From assembly GCF_036321535.1 (NCBI RefSeq), contig NC_087436.1:107138001-107202000 (forward strand): 64,000 nt of DNA, read 5' to 3'. Source of the DNA: Camelus dromedarius (taxonomy: Eukaryota). Position 1 is the stretch's first letter, and each line of letters begins with the position of its first letter. Below are positions 25,416-39,197 of this stretch, piece after piece. Below the pieces are notes generated by a model that saw nothing but the letters and a program-made list of their open reading frames with translations, made no database searches and had not been told where the DNA came from. Made by a program: the position numbers and the translations under genes.

Positions 25416-27384
25416 TTCCACGCTGAGGCTAGTGAATGGAATTTATGGATGATATCGGTATCAGTTCTGTCAAAAACAAAAATCCTCCTGAACAAGTAGA
25501 GCTGTACATCATGAAGCAGTGGTCTTCCTGTCACCAGAACTTCTCAAGGACAGGTAGCTGCATGTGTCCCTTAGGTTTTTAAATGGGATTCTTGTGTTGA
25601 GTGGGAAGAGAAAGTAACTAAATTCCTTTCAATGGCAATATTCTGTGAGTTTAGAATCCAGGTTCAAATGAATTTGTGGGTAGAAAAGTGTTGCAGATAT
25701 TGTAAAGTGATATTCACGTGTTAGCATCTTTGTTATTTGAGTCAATGTGGGCACATCCCCAGACCCCATTCTACAGTAGGCTAAATAATTCGATACTTAA
25801 GCTTTAAAATTAGATAATCTTGCACTGCCCTGCCCACCCTCACCTGCCTCATCTTTCTCTCTAATTATACCTGGTTGAGGTGCATGTCAATTCTTTGAAT
25901 GACTAAAAAACTAGGCATTTTCTCCAGAAGGCCAGCTATTGAAAAGGACACAAGCGCCAGGATGAGGCTTGTAGGAGCTCAAAGAGCTCCTTTCATTGTT
26001 TTGAATTATCATATTCACTTAGCTGAAGCTGTTTCACAGGCTAGCCAGGGGTCCCTTTGGGAGGTAGGGACACATGGACAAATCATCTTTGATTGGGAGT
26101 GACAGGAAAATGTGGCAGAAAGAGATTTGCATTATTAATTTATGTTTTCTCTGTCTTTCCCACGTCCTTTGCCCCCATTCAAGCAGGCAACAGGGTCAAA
26201 CCAAGAAAGATTTGAGGCTTTTATAGTCAAAAGTCTGAATTCATTAAGAATAGTAGAGTTTGATGTAAGAGGGACACCCAATAATCAAAAGATTTTCCTG
26301 CCTGGAAAAGAGCTGGTAGGGGAAAAAAAAGTCACATGGTTCTGCACGCCGAGGATACCTGCACCCTACTTCCTTGTGACACGAGATGATGGGCAAAAAT
26401 TCAGTGAGTGACCACACAGTGTCCCAGGGAGGCTAGACGCTAGGGTCCAGGGCTCACAAACTTACCAACGATTCTTAAATGCACTGTAGATCATGGAGGC
26501 TGGGACCACGCACTTCTCAACAGAACCAGTGCACTGGTTCTTTGTAATGATGCAAGAACCTTGGCACAGTCTCAAGACAGTGGTCAGAGGAAGCCCCAAG
26601 GATGTGCAGTTCAACTTTCCATAGGTCAAAGAGGTGGACGCTCAAATGTGGAAATTTAGTTGGTCTGAAATCAAAAGAAATGAAAAAAAATGTTTTTCCC
26701 TTAACAAGAATGGAGAAGGAGATGGTGACTCACATTCACTCCAGATTCTAAAGCCCTTATGGAACAGGCAGAGAAACTGCAAGGAGGGACAAAGTGGAAG
26801 AGCAAACTCTGGTAAGAAAAGCCAAGAAATGCCAGGAGTTCCTGAAAGGATATGAGCCCATACACGACAATCTAGATTATGAGTAGTCCTGGGTCCAAAA
26901 AGGAGCTGAGCGCCACTAGAGAGGGTGTAAGCCCTCAGAGGAAGAGGGTATCCTACATCTATTATATCAACCTCATATAGCTTCTGAACAGCAGCCTTAC
27001 CTATGAGATTCAAATTCTTACATGTTTTCATAGCAAATCCTAATTTTACCATCTCCCAAAAGGCCAAGCAGAGCCTAATTTAGTGTGACACTTTCATGTC
27101 CAAACTACTTTTACTCCTCAGAATGAGCTGAGTCTGAACATCAAAATGAAATTTCAAATACATTCTTTTTTTTTTTTTTTTTTTCTAAGCCCGGGAACTT
27201 TTGCTAGAAAATCCATGGTACTACGAAAGAATTCCTGCCTTCTAGCAGAAATATTACAGTTCCCTCTATGGGCAGAGGAACTTCACCAATAAAATAAACT
27301 CCAGCCACTACTTCCTCTATGGGCAAGTGAAATCCTGGCTTTTGTGTTTGCATGTCTGGTTGCATTTTCTGCCCTGCATCCTGT

Positions 27385-27937
27385 TGTGGTAGGTAGTCTC
27401 CAGAGGAGGTTCTCATCAATTGCCCGTCTCCCTGTACAGGCAGCTTGCCCCTCATTGAGAGGGAGAGTCTATTTCAATCATTCTCTTTGAATCTGGGCTG
27501 GGCTTGTAATTAATGGAATGTGTAGAAGTGACTTTGTTCAAGTTCCCATCCTCACTTTGAAGAGGTCTGGCAGCTTTTCCTTCTGTGCTCTCGAGGGAAG
27601 CCAACCTGCCATAAAGAAGCTAGTGAGATCATTAAATGATAAGACGAAATGTGGAGAGAAAGAGAGATGAGAGGGAAGGGGAAAAGAGAGGGAGAGAGAG
27701 AAACAAAGAAAGACCACATAGAGGTGCCAGACTTGTAAATGAATTCATCTTAGACCTTCCAGCCCAGTCTAGATCCAACGGAATGCAGCCAGATGGCCAA
27801 CCTCCATGATGGCATTTCACCAGAAGAACGGTCCAGCTGAGCCTTGCCTGAATTCCTGGCCATGAGAGACAATGAATTACTGCTTTAAGCCATTCACATT
27901 AGGAGTTATTTGTTATGCAGCAATAGAGGACTGAAAC
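27385..27937 (+). mobile_element. MLT1 (H-like) solo LTR
   Basis: tgtggtagg start; tgaatctgggctgggcttgt; ccagctgagccttgcctgaattcctg; tttgttatgcagcaataga end. Confidence 0.88.
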
Positions 27938-28029
27938 TCAAGCCTGGACATCACAATGTATTATTTCAACTGTTCTTTTGCCACCACTGCAACTCCCATG
28001 AAATTTCCCAATACAGTATGAATTAAAAT

Positions 28030-30330
28030 ATTTTATCTCCTACACAATACCTGCTGGGTCCTTCTGTAGAAGAGCAAACATATGTTCTCCATCCTCAGCT
28101 GGACTCAACGATCCTTCTGTAGGTCCCAGGTCACTCTTCCATTCCTCACAGCAGCCGTTAAACATATTACTGTGTTTCCTCAGCCCTTCTCCCCTTTTCT
28201 CTTCTCCCTCAAAGAGAGGAGGCACTTTATCTATATCCCTCTTGGAAAGGAGACTTCTGGTATCATTAATTTCATGTTTCCAGAATTTAGCATCTGATTG
28301 GTTAGTGCAGAAGAAAGGACTGGACCTCTTCACTTCAACCCCTTTCTCTCCTCGAGACCTGTCTTCAGAGAGCACACATTGACATCTGCTCACTGTTCTT
28401 GGCCCTTAAGCAAGGGGCCCATTCTGTGTGGGGAAGCTTGGAGATGTCCAGCTCTAAATTCTGTCTAATTCCTAATTCCTGGCTAGAATGTTAGCAAGTC
28501 TCTGTGCCCATACCTTATAGTGACATTGTTCAGACAACTCAGCATTCTTATAGCTTCCATGTTGAGTTACATGGCTCTGCTTAACTGTGTTATTCTTCAT
28601 TTGGTTTTGAACATGGTGGTGGGGAGGGAGAGTTACATACTGATTTCTTAAAACCTCAATGTTTCCTACATATCTACTTGCAAACACCACCACCCTCTCC
28701 TTTCAAGTCTAAAGAACAAGTGATCTTTTTTTTTCTTTTGGGGGTTAATATCTCCACCTATGATCTATATCCCAAATACTATGATTCCTCACACAGAATG
28801 AGCCCCTTAATGCAGGGCTGAAAACAGCTTATCCTCTCTCTCCTTCATTTTCAAACTCTTGGTCAACGTCAAATTAGTCTGCCCAACAAGTCTCTCTTGT
28901 ATGAGAAATAACTTTCTCTTCACCTTATATCCAACTTTAAACACGTTCTTATTTCTATGCTACCCTTCACATCCAGTTTCTTGAAGTTTCATCTATAAAT
29001 ATAATCTTCCACCCATCATCTCCCTTAGGCTTCTCAATATTCTATAGCTTGGCTTCCATCCCCAAAGCTCGTCTGAAAATTTTTCTTAGTAAGTTGGGCA
29101 GATCCTTGATCTCCATTCCTTATCTTCCATGGTGTCTCTATAGTACAAAATCGAGGAGGCCATTCCTTTCTTTCTTGGCTTCCTTGGCACCACTACACCC
29201 TCCTCATCTTACCAAATCTTTGACAATTTGTACAATATCCCATTCACAGGTAGTACTTTGTCTCCCTAACAATTAAATAGCAACCTTCCTTAGAACACCA
29301 ACCTCGATTCTCTTATCAAACTCGGCTGATTCTGGAGGGGCCATGACACTGAGCATCATATTTAACTGTCATTCACTATTCCTGTTTAAATCTCTATCAC
29401 TACCTTTCCAGACTTGTATCTTAAGTCCTACCTGCTTAGTTCACTTATTTTTAACTACCTCATAACTCCTCTTGGGAGCTCCCTAGTACCACAAACTCAA
29501 CATTTCACTGCAAACGTTATTTCCCCAAGTCTGCTCATCCCTTAATTGTCCATTGATAGCTAATATGATTACAATCCAATTGGTCACTCTTACTAAAAAT
29601 GTCAGAATTATCTTAGACTCATCCTTGTTCCTTCTACTTCATAGGCTATCAGCTACTGATTTGTGAGAGGTCGTCCTTTTAAATCTTTCTCAGACATGAC
29701 CCTGTGCTCTCTGGTTCCATTGCCTTGATTGAAATCTCCACCAATATCCTGCAAATGGCTTCTTAGACTCCAGAAGCACCCTTCTCCCATCCATCATATG
29801 CTACCACTATATTTAAAATTTTCAGTCTCATCATTCCTCCGCTGCTCAGTCCTTCAGTGAATACCTGTTGTCTTCAGGACAAATCTAATCTCTTGAGCTT
29901 CGCAAGTAAGACCCGTCATTATCTTGCTCCTCTATTGCTCTACCCCTACAACTGCATTTCTAGCCTCTACTCTGTAAGTTCCCTGTAACACACCCAGGCA
30001 TATTGTTTGCACCCTTCTTCCCACAAATACATACACAAAGTGGCTCATTCTCTCACACCTGTCTGCCTTCTCATACACTGTTCTTTCTGTCTGGAATGCC
30101 CTCCCTCACCCTTGATATTCTAGTCTGCCTGCTGAACTTTTCATCATGCTCCCAAATTCTACACTGATGCGATCATTTCTCTGGTCATTTCCTCACTTTG
30201 TCTCCCCCCAACCCATGCTAACAGAAAAGGGAAATCTCTATTTTTGCTTTTGAAATAACTACAGACCTCCATCATCACACTTATCAATTGTGTTATATTT
30301 CACTATCTTGTCTGTCTCCCACCTTGAAGA
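28030..30330 (+). mobile_element. Long degraded L2
   Basis: Pyrimidine-rich sense L2 motifs: tggcttccatcccc, ttggcttccttggcaccac, caaactcaacat, tgtctggaatgccctcc, atcacactt..tgtctgtctccc; 5' boundary uncertain. Confidence 0.7.
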
Positions 30331-30339
30331 TAGGTTACT

Positions 30340-30955
30340 TTCATTTTTTCGGACAAATATATTTATTGAGTGTTTGCTCTTCTCAGTCATTGTTCTAGGC
30401 TCAGGCAAAGATCCCTTTCTAATGGAGTTTACATTCGAGTGAAAGAAGAAAAACAATAAACATAATAAAAATATAAATTGCATAATATGTTAAAAAGAGT
30501 AAGGTTAAGGAAATCAAGAATTCCAGGGGTGAAGGAGAGGGGGATTGGTTTCAGTTTTAAACACGGTGGTCAGTGGTCATTGAGAAGGTGAGGTTTAAGC
30601 AAAGTCTTGAAGGGGAGAGTCCATCATTCAGATACTGGGGGAAAAGCCAATAAAAGAGTGCTAAGTTAGGAGTGGGCAGGTCTTGTCTGGGAGAAAGAAG
30701 GAAGGGAGGAGCTCAGCAGGTAAACAGAGGACTGGGTCTTTTAGGAACGTCTAGCCTCTGCATGGGCTTTAGCATGGACTTGGGTAAAATGGGAAGCCAG
30801 AGCAGGATGTTTCACTGAGAAGGGGTATGACCTGACCTGTGTCCTAAAAATATCTCTCTGGCTACAGCGTTGATCACAGACTTTAGGGGCACGGGTGGAA
30901 TGTGGGGAACCAGCTAGAAGACTATTGCCCCAAGCCAGGTGGGAAGAATGAAAGA
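30340..30955 (-). mobile_element. L2a, tail-to-tail with the preceding L2
   Basis: caaatatatttattgagtg..atggagtttacattc..tgagaaggtgaggttt..ctctggctacagcg..agctagaagactattg. Confidence 0.85.
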
Positions 30956-33019
30956 AAGCAGGAAGACAGGAAGAAAGGAAGAGGAGTAGCGGAGGGAGGA
31001 GGCATGGAGAAAGCAATAAAGTGTATAAAGTGGAGAAATGATAAAATGGAAAAGAAACAGAAACAAACAAACCAGCAAAGCCTCCCTGTACAAACTCCGA
31101 ACCACTGGCTAGCCCATCGGGATGACAGTCTATCAGCTTCAGGCTCCGCAGCATGTTGTTTACTGGTCTGTTGCTAATCTGAGGGTATTTTCTGCTGGCT
31201 GAGCTCTCCACCTGTAGGTTTTTCTGCTTTTTGAATGACAAAATCAGCCTCTGGGACAAGAGTCTAAAAGAAATTAGGATAAAGTCCAGTGGAAATCAGG
31301 CAATTGGCCTAAATATAGTGTCCTACATCTCTCTTCAATTTCTCTTTGCCTTATTTTCTTGTGAATCTGTGTTTGGGGAAAAATTCTATCTGTATTTGCT
31401 TCACGAAAATGTCTGTGTTCTCGTAGCTTCATAGGATGCTGAGAAATAGAGTGATTCAACAGTGACTCAAGGTGTGGGGAGATGCTGAAAAACAGGATGT
31501 TACAAATCTCACTTGGGAAACAAATCAGTCTCCTGCCTTGAGAAGACAATCTTAATTGAAGTGATATTTTTAAATCACTGGAAATAGCTAGGTTTAGCAC
31601 TGTAAGTTGTTCTATTTTAATGACATAACTATTTTCTACGTACACTTTCTTACAACATTTCAACTTGATTTTTAGCTGTGAAAGAATAACTCTCCATGTT
31701 TCTATTGGTCTTCGTCTGTTCCCCATTTTCTACCTAGCAGGCATTTCACTGCAATGTTTTTTTGCTCAGACAAACCTTGCTAGGATATTTAATAATTGCC
31801 CTTCCTGTGTTGGAAGTTGTTATATTGATCACTTTGAGAGATGATGTTTACTTTTTGGTCTGCATCTATTTGGTTAGTGCATTCCTGATGCAATCACAGC
31901 AATTACCAGAGCTAATTCTTAGAAGCTGAGCAATCCCAGTCCTTGGTTCCTATCTATAGGTTTTCCTTCACTTTTACAAATAATGATTTATGCAAAGTCA
32001 CCAAGACAGCTATTGCTTCAATGCAAGGTTTATTATCTCCAAGATGAACAGACAAGTCATTAAGCGCTCATGGAAGGATTAGTGTAGAGAAAGATCACCA
32101 CATTGTGATTTTCTGGTTACATGGTTCAATACAATGATGGTTTAAGGAAGTAAAAGCCAATTTTAGCACAGCCATTATAGAGCTGTGTATATCATCAATA
32201 GGCAGTTATAAAAGCTGTGACTGATAGGAATTTCCCCACCATAAAAGTTCCTTCCATCACATACCCACTAAGTGAGTCACGGAGAAGAAGAACATCTAAG
32301 CAGCGTGATTGATTCCCCAGCTTTTATTTTCTGATCTATTACTTATATAGGAGACAAGGCTGTAAAGTAATAAGACAGATTCCGTAAGAGTCTTGTGCAA
32401 TTAGCCTCGTTACTTTACATGTATGTTTCTTAGTGCACACGGTATGTGTTTGTGAGTCTGTGATGGTATCTGTTGTCGTAAGAATAGCTAAGGCCTTTTT
32501 AGCTGTATTCCTAACATGCACCAGAGTGGGTGGGGCACATGGGTGGGTGATCAATGAATGAGTGAATAAATGTACCAACATCCATGTATACACCTAACCG
32601 GTCTCCTTGTCTCTCTCCCCTTCCCTTCTACTTTTATGCATTCTAAACAGTGATGCAACTAAACCATTCCCTTACCCCAAAGCTGTGAAATCCCTCATTT
32701 CCCTCAGAGCAAAGCCTTATCATGTTAGAATGATATTAAAGATCTTCTGTGGTCTGGTGCCAATACCCTCCTCAATCCAGTTTCTTACTTCTTCACCCCA
32801 CAGCTCTCCACCTCAGTCCAATTGGCCCAGGGGCCATCAGGTCAGATGGATCTCCACCTTTCTACCTTTACTCACACTAGAGTGCACCCCGCACCTCCTT
32901 ATTTTATTCAGCTTTCCTAAAGCTTTAACGGCATACAAAGCAACTCACAACAACAAGAGTAACAACAAAAATAAATAGCAGAAGTGGTGGTGGTAGTAAC
33001 AGTAGAACTGACATTTGTA

Positions 33020-33260
33020 CAGTTGGTAGAGTTTAGTAAAGAACACAGGTTTGAGGCCAGATACCTGGGTTTTAATCCCATTTCTCACAACTCCAAATTG
33101 CATGAGATAAGGCAAGTCATTTAATGTCTCTGGACTTTAGTATCCTTATCTCTAAAATGGGAATAATAATGCCCTTACATCATGGGATTTCTGTGAAGCT
33201 AAAATGAGTGGACACATGGAAGTAGTGCTTACGATTAGAACTTAGTAAGTGCTCAATAAA
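33020..33260 (+). mobile_element. MIR, near full length
   Basis: gatacctgggttttaatccc..ggcaagtcatttaa..tctaaaatgggaataataat..tagtaagtgctcaataaa. Confidence 0.88.
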
Positions 33261-33274
33261 ATCTGCTCTGATTA

Positions 33275-33522
33275 CAGAGCATTTACTGTGCATCAGGCAG
33301 TGTATTAAGTGTTTTTTAATGTCTTATTTAAGTTTCTCAACAACCCCTGAGGTAGAACCAGTTATTTCCTCCCAGGTTTACCGATAAGCCAGTTTAGGCT
33401 CAGAGTTACTTCTGAAAACAACTGAGCCAATTTATGTAACCAAATTTACACAGGATGGGAATGGTTGAGCTGTAATTCAAACCCCAACAGTCAAACTCCA
33501 GAGCCTGGCTCTTAACCACTGT
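33275..33522 (-). mobile_element. MIR, near full length
   Basis: gagcatttactgtg..caacaacccctgaggtag..ctccagagcctggctcttaaccactgt. Confidence 0.85.
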
Positions 33523-34489
33523 AATCTTATTCCTTCCAAGAGTTACCAAAAATCCTGCTTCATCAGTTGAGATTTCCTTGACCACTAGGCAATTTAATAT
33601 TTTATAGCTTTTATTGTTTGGACACCTGTTTGATAGTAACATTATTTGAATGTCCATTAGCTACTAAGTGTCTAATGAAAGTGCATTAACTCATTTAATT
33701 TGATATTTGTAACTTGATATCTCAAATCACCTTTCTGCTGTTGTCATCAAAATCATCTTTGTGGTACTTGAGGCTTAGACTCTTCTGTCCCTTTGTATAT
33801 CCAGTGTGTGTGCCACACAAAATATTCTTTAAACATTTGTTTTTGTTTAAAACAAAAAGTGCTTGTCAGAAGCACTGTTATGGCCTGTTTGGGATGGTAA
33901 TGGTAATGGCATTGATAATAGCCAAGCACATATAATGATTATAGTTTGAACGTACATTATGTGAAGCAAAGCAATCAATCTAGAGGCTTTTGGAAGGATA
34001 AAATGAAAACCTTTGTATTAGGTGGATCTGCTACCAGACAGAGAGCTAGGATCCTTGGTTTCAGACCCTTGTTTTGTCCCAATGGTTTATGTGATCTTGG
34101 GGCTGTCTCCCACTTCTAGGTTTCTCATTTGAATTATCTGTAAAACTATGTTAGCAGAATATTCAGTGGGTCTGCCTCACAGAGCTAGTACGGTCCAAAT
34201 AAGAGAGCATATGTGAAGGAGTTCCTCAATTGTACACAAGGAGCCCTGGGCATGGATGAGGGTTATATCTCAAGTGAGAGCTTCTTCATCCCAAATTGTG
34301 AAGCACATCACCATAGCATATACTTTCTTCATAAAGTGCATTCAGTTACAACCCTAAAATTGTAAGTTCCTTCCTTAAATCCTTAATTAAAATTACTGGA
34401 CATGTAACAATAAAGGAACACAGCACAGCTGCCTTGAGCTGTGGTGCATGGGTAGTCCATCAGGTTCACTGGCCAACTCTTCCTCACCA

Positions 34490-34633
34490 TTTCAAGTGTG
34501 CACAAAGGACCTCATTGGCATCCCTGGAGAAAAAAGCAGAATCTCAGACCCCTCTCTGGACCCAGTGAGTCAGGATATGAATTTTCAAAGTCCTTTGGTG
34601 ATGTATATGTCATGCAAATGTAAGTCGCTACCG
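34490..34633. mobile_element. MER5-like hAT-Charlie MITE
   Basis: aaagcagaatctcagacccc..ggacccagtgagtcagga..ggtgat. Confidence 0.6.
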
Positions 34634-36574
34634 TAAGTCTGAATTATCCTACACATTTGCCTTCAATAACAGCTGATTTGAATTCACATCCCCTCCCCTC
34701 AAAAATGACCTATTACTGTTTCAGGGATACCCAAGATCATACCCAACATGCCAAAGCCACAAATCTTAAATCCTAGGATTCCCAAAGTTTGCAGGTCATG
34801 GACTATATGTCTTAAACATGCAGTCACTACCAATAATTGGAACTATTCAAGTATCCTGTCTTCCAAGAGATGCTGCTTGATAAAGAGGGCCATTCTTAGA
34901 TTCAAAGATTAAAAATTGCACTCTCTTGGAATAAGCCATCTACAAGAACCTAGAGGCACGTGAAGGAGAAGAAGCAACTACCTGGTAAATGCAGGATGTG
35001 TGGTGACCAATTTTCTCTTTGAAAAAAAAAAAGTTCTTCCCAAATGAAGGTCATAGGATGTCTTCATGAGTTACTGACCTACCACATCCACAGGGGCTCA
35101 GCCTGTGCACAGTGACGACCTTGGTGGGTATTGTCCACACCTGTGTAGTTTGAGTGAGTTAATGAAATAAATTTTAATTCACTGAATAATTCACACACTT
35201 TTAAAGCACAATTATTGTCAACAGTCCCCAGATTCCCATATAATACTGGAACACAAAGTCTCATTACCATGATACCATAGCAGAAATTAGATTACTTCAA
35301 TATTGTCCACTGAGAAACAGAACAGAGACCAAAAAAAAATTTTGTATATTTTGCTTTATTCTCTATCCTCCAAATTGAATTTTTTGTCAAAGGAATGTTT
35401 ATATGGGGTCCCAATGGGTATTTAAGGCTGGTCAAGTCTACAGGAGCAGTGAAATGGAGTGCAGAGACAATTATCTGCGTATTTGTGGGTAATTTGCTTC
35501 CACCTGAATTGTAATTGAGACAATAATGGAAATAAGAGTTCCATGATGACTTGGATTTTTGTCTGTGCTGCTCACAGGTCCAGGTTTCCTGAGAGCAAGG
35601 ATTTTGTTCAGTTCTGCTAGGTCCTGAGCTCCAGAAAACAGGTACCCAGTAGGTGATCAATTAATATTCTCTGAAAAAATGAATTCCAAAATTCCTTGAA
35701 TTTCTTGTCTTATTATGGAAAAACCTAATATATGGAGATATTTCATAACACCTTACGAGATTTTCACAGGCCAAAATGCAGGCAACAAATTGATTTTTCT
35801 ATGTACTGACCATTTACAATTGTCTTCTTATTTCACTGGATTTTCTGATTATTAGACCAAATCTATTCCATCTATCAAGAATTTACTATCATAAGAGACA
35901 ACATGAAATAACTAAAAGAATACAGATAATAAAATTAGCTTGATCTTGGTGTGAGTTCTAACTCTGACACTTAGCAGCTGCAAAATCTTGAGCAAGTTAT
36001 TCCCCTCCAACTTTCTAATCTTTAAATAGAGACAATGTTTTCTTCACAAGAATATCACAACTTCAATGTTGTAACATTACTGAAAGCACTAGCCTTGGAA
36101 TATGGTGCAAATTAGAAAGAATTAGAAATGGAGAAACAGGCAGGGGAAATTATTCAGGATGGGCGAGGAGAAAAGACTTTACTGAAAGTGGTAAGATTCA
36201 CCTCTTCACCTGAGTCAACTAATCCAGCTTTACAAGGAACTTCTAAGGTCATTAGACTTCAAATATCCTAGTCATCCTGAAAGACTTGCTTTGATCTTTT
36301 CTCCTTGCCCACCTTGAGTAATTTTCACTGCATTTTCTGCTGAACTTTGTTTTGTGGCATTTTGACACATTTGAGGGATTTGAGGGAAAAATCAATCTCA
36401 GGAGAAGGTCTTTATGATACCAGACTTTTCCACAAAATTCTACAAAACGAAGGCTATTTGCACTTGAAATAAAGATCATAGTTATGCCTGGAGCTCAACC
36501 TTTGTGGCTGCTCGATATTATCATAACCTGGGGGAAATTGTAGGCTGTGTATAACCATCAGACTGTCAGCAAAA

Positions 36575-36810
36575 TGTGAATGCATTCACTCGTTGATTCA
36601 TCCATTCATCCATTCATCCAGCAAACATGCGTTAAGCATTTACTGCATTCCGAGCTCTGTGCTGAGCGTTGCAGTAGAGACATTATTGGGGCTTCCTCCT
36701 CTCTTCACACAGCAGGCTAAACAACTAACCTATTACAATACATAGTCACATTTCTTATACTAGAGGTAAGCCCAGGTACCTGTGGAAACACAAAGGGAGG
36801 TCCCCTAAAC
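36575..36810 (-). mobile_element. L2 3' end
   Basis: (CATT/CATC)n tail, then aagcatttactg..ctgtgctgagcg. Confidence 0.7.
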
Positions 36811-38569
36811 CACAATGAATTTGTCCCAGCTGGGGATATTGGTTTTTGAGTGGGTTATTCCTAACCCACATTTAAGAACACTCCTAACTGCTCAGGACAT
36901 CAATGAGGAAGAGTGATCAAAGGGGACTTTGTGAGCACCACAGTGGCAGACAGTGACTTGAGGAGGTAACCGAAGGGCACAAAGGAGGCGACTCCACCAG
37001 TAACAGACCACAGGTTTCCATTTTCTTTACCCCTACGTCCCCTTGCTATGCTTCTCGGCATTCATCATAGAAGGGAATTTAAAGTACTGAACCACCAACC
37101 CCACTTCATTTATACCTGAGTAAAGCTCTAAATAATTGACTGGTTAAGGTCACAGAGCCATTTAGTGGCAGAAAAAAAGGTGTTCTAACCCTGAGTCTTC
37201 AGGGTCTCTGCTAAATATCTCACTCCCAGGCTTACAGAATCCATGACCCCACCTTCCCAGCTTACTAGATCCTTTGAAGAGAAGGGCTCTGTCTCATTAC
37301 TCTGGGACCCACACTGAACATACGACCTTCCTCTCAGCCCCTACCACCAACCTGGTTAACTTAGCAGTTCCCATCCGGTCCCATCCATACAGGATTTTGT
37401 TCACATCCTGTAATTATACCAAGAACAAGGTTTTATAGTCAATGGGCTCACATAGACATTCCCTCACCAAACCATAAACCCTTTGAGGAGAGTATAGATT
37501 CTCTCTTTCTCTCTCTTTTTAATCTTCATCACCTGTCTCAGCTCAGTGTTTTTTGAAAGAATCAATTAATGATTCCATCTACATTTGATTCCCTCAGTCC
37601 CCTGAATTCAGCCCATGATACATAGCACCCTGGAAAGTTCTAGAACTACCCCTTCCCCCAAATTTCACACTACTTGGTTTGAACTCCCTCTACTGGTGAC
37701 TCCAGTAAAAAAAAAATCCCTATAACTACTGATCTAGCTTATAACACTCACTGAGAAAAAGAGAATGCTACCATGCAGAAAAGAGTCTAAAATGGACCTC
37801 ATTTCCTGCGGGAGCATTAAACTTCATCTTTAAGAGATCATTGCTTTGTGCAAGGAAACACTATAAAAAAGAGTGAACCTTATCATCAGTTTCACTGTAC
37901 TTGAGTCTGGGAGTAAAAAGCAAGAGACTGAGAAAACTCCTGGGCCGAGATAGGAGGATGAGTAATGAACTAGAAGATATCTGGGGTGTGTGATCCTTAA
38001 TTGCACATTTCATTGCCTTTGCTATTTTCTATTACAACTTTATAGCTGGGTAACCCTGTTTTCCAAGAGCCAATACTTGGCAGTAAGAATTTGTTTAAGG
38101 AAATAAAAAGAAACCTCTCAACTTCTTCAGAAACTTTTTCCCCTTTAATAGATTTTCACCTTTCTCCCCTGAAGCAGCAATTCCTTCAAAAACAAGCACA
38201 CTACATTTATTTCAGAAATGGATAGGGAACTTTTTTAATATCTCACACTCATTTTCCCCTTTCCTTCTTAAGCATTTGTCTTCCTTATATTTCAATATAA
38301 GGCAATATCATGAGTCATAAGATTGATACCTAATTATTACAAGTGAAATAATTGGAAGTAATGGAAATTTATTTCTCTCTCAGAGTGTTGAGGAAATTCA
38401 AGCATTTTCTGTGTGAAGAACAGTTATTGGCTTTGAGCCGTGTAGAATTTGGTGGGTCCCCATTCCACTCAAGAAGTTCTAAATTCGATGAGGCCAGTTA
38501 AAGTACAGAAACTCACATAAACCAAATACACTCCTACAAACTCAGGTAGAAAAGAAAACAAAATGGAAA

Positions 38570-38780
38570 GTGATAAACATTTATTTAGTGCTCAACATGC
38601 ACGAGAGAGTCTCATAAATGTATCTCATGTTTATATCCATTTATCTTCATGGAAACCCTGCAAGGTAAGTATTTACACCTCTGCTTTACAAGAGAGGGAC
38701 TAGGCTTAGTGAGTCTAGATACTTTGTCTAAGGTCAAAAGACAATAGGTAAGAGAGCCGGGGATGATGATTTGGATCTGC
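38570..38780 (-). mobile_element. MIR
   Basis: aacatttatttagtgct..aaccctgcaaggtaagtatt..tgtctaaggtca. Confidence 0.7.
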
Positions 38781-38784
38781 TAAT

Positions 38785-39197
38785 CAGAGGAGCAGAGTGG
38801 AATGGTGTTTACCAGGGGCTCGGGGGAAGAGGGAAAGGAGAGGTATTGTTCAAAAGATATGCAGTTTCCATTTTATAAGACGAATAGGTTCTAGAGATCT
38901 ACTGTATAGCATGGTGCCTACAGTTAACAATACTATATTGTACATATAAAATTTGGCTAAGAGAGTAAATCTTATGCTGTATTCTTATCATAAATATTAA
39001 CAAAATTTAATTTTGTTAATTTAATTAACAAAAATTAAAAAGAGGGCGGAGGGAAACTTTGGAGGTGGTGAATAGGTCTACGACATGAATCATGATGACT
39101 TCAGGGGTGTGTACTTATTTCCAAACTCATCAAACTGTATGCATTAAATATGTACAGGTTTTTGTATTCAATCATACCTCAATACAGTGTTTTTTTC
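38785..39197 (+). mobile_element. L1 3' UTR (L1MB-like)
   Basis: gcagagtggaatggtgtttaccaggggct..gttctagagatctactgtatagcatgg..aaactcatcaaactgtatgcattaaatatgtacag. Confidence 0.88.

Noticed and set aside
30741..31259. Longest ORF (172 aa, minus strand)
   Set aside because: Overlaps an L2 fragment and a purine-rich low-complexity tract; biased composition and no domain.
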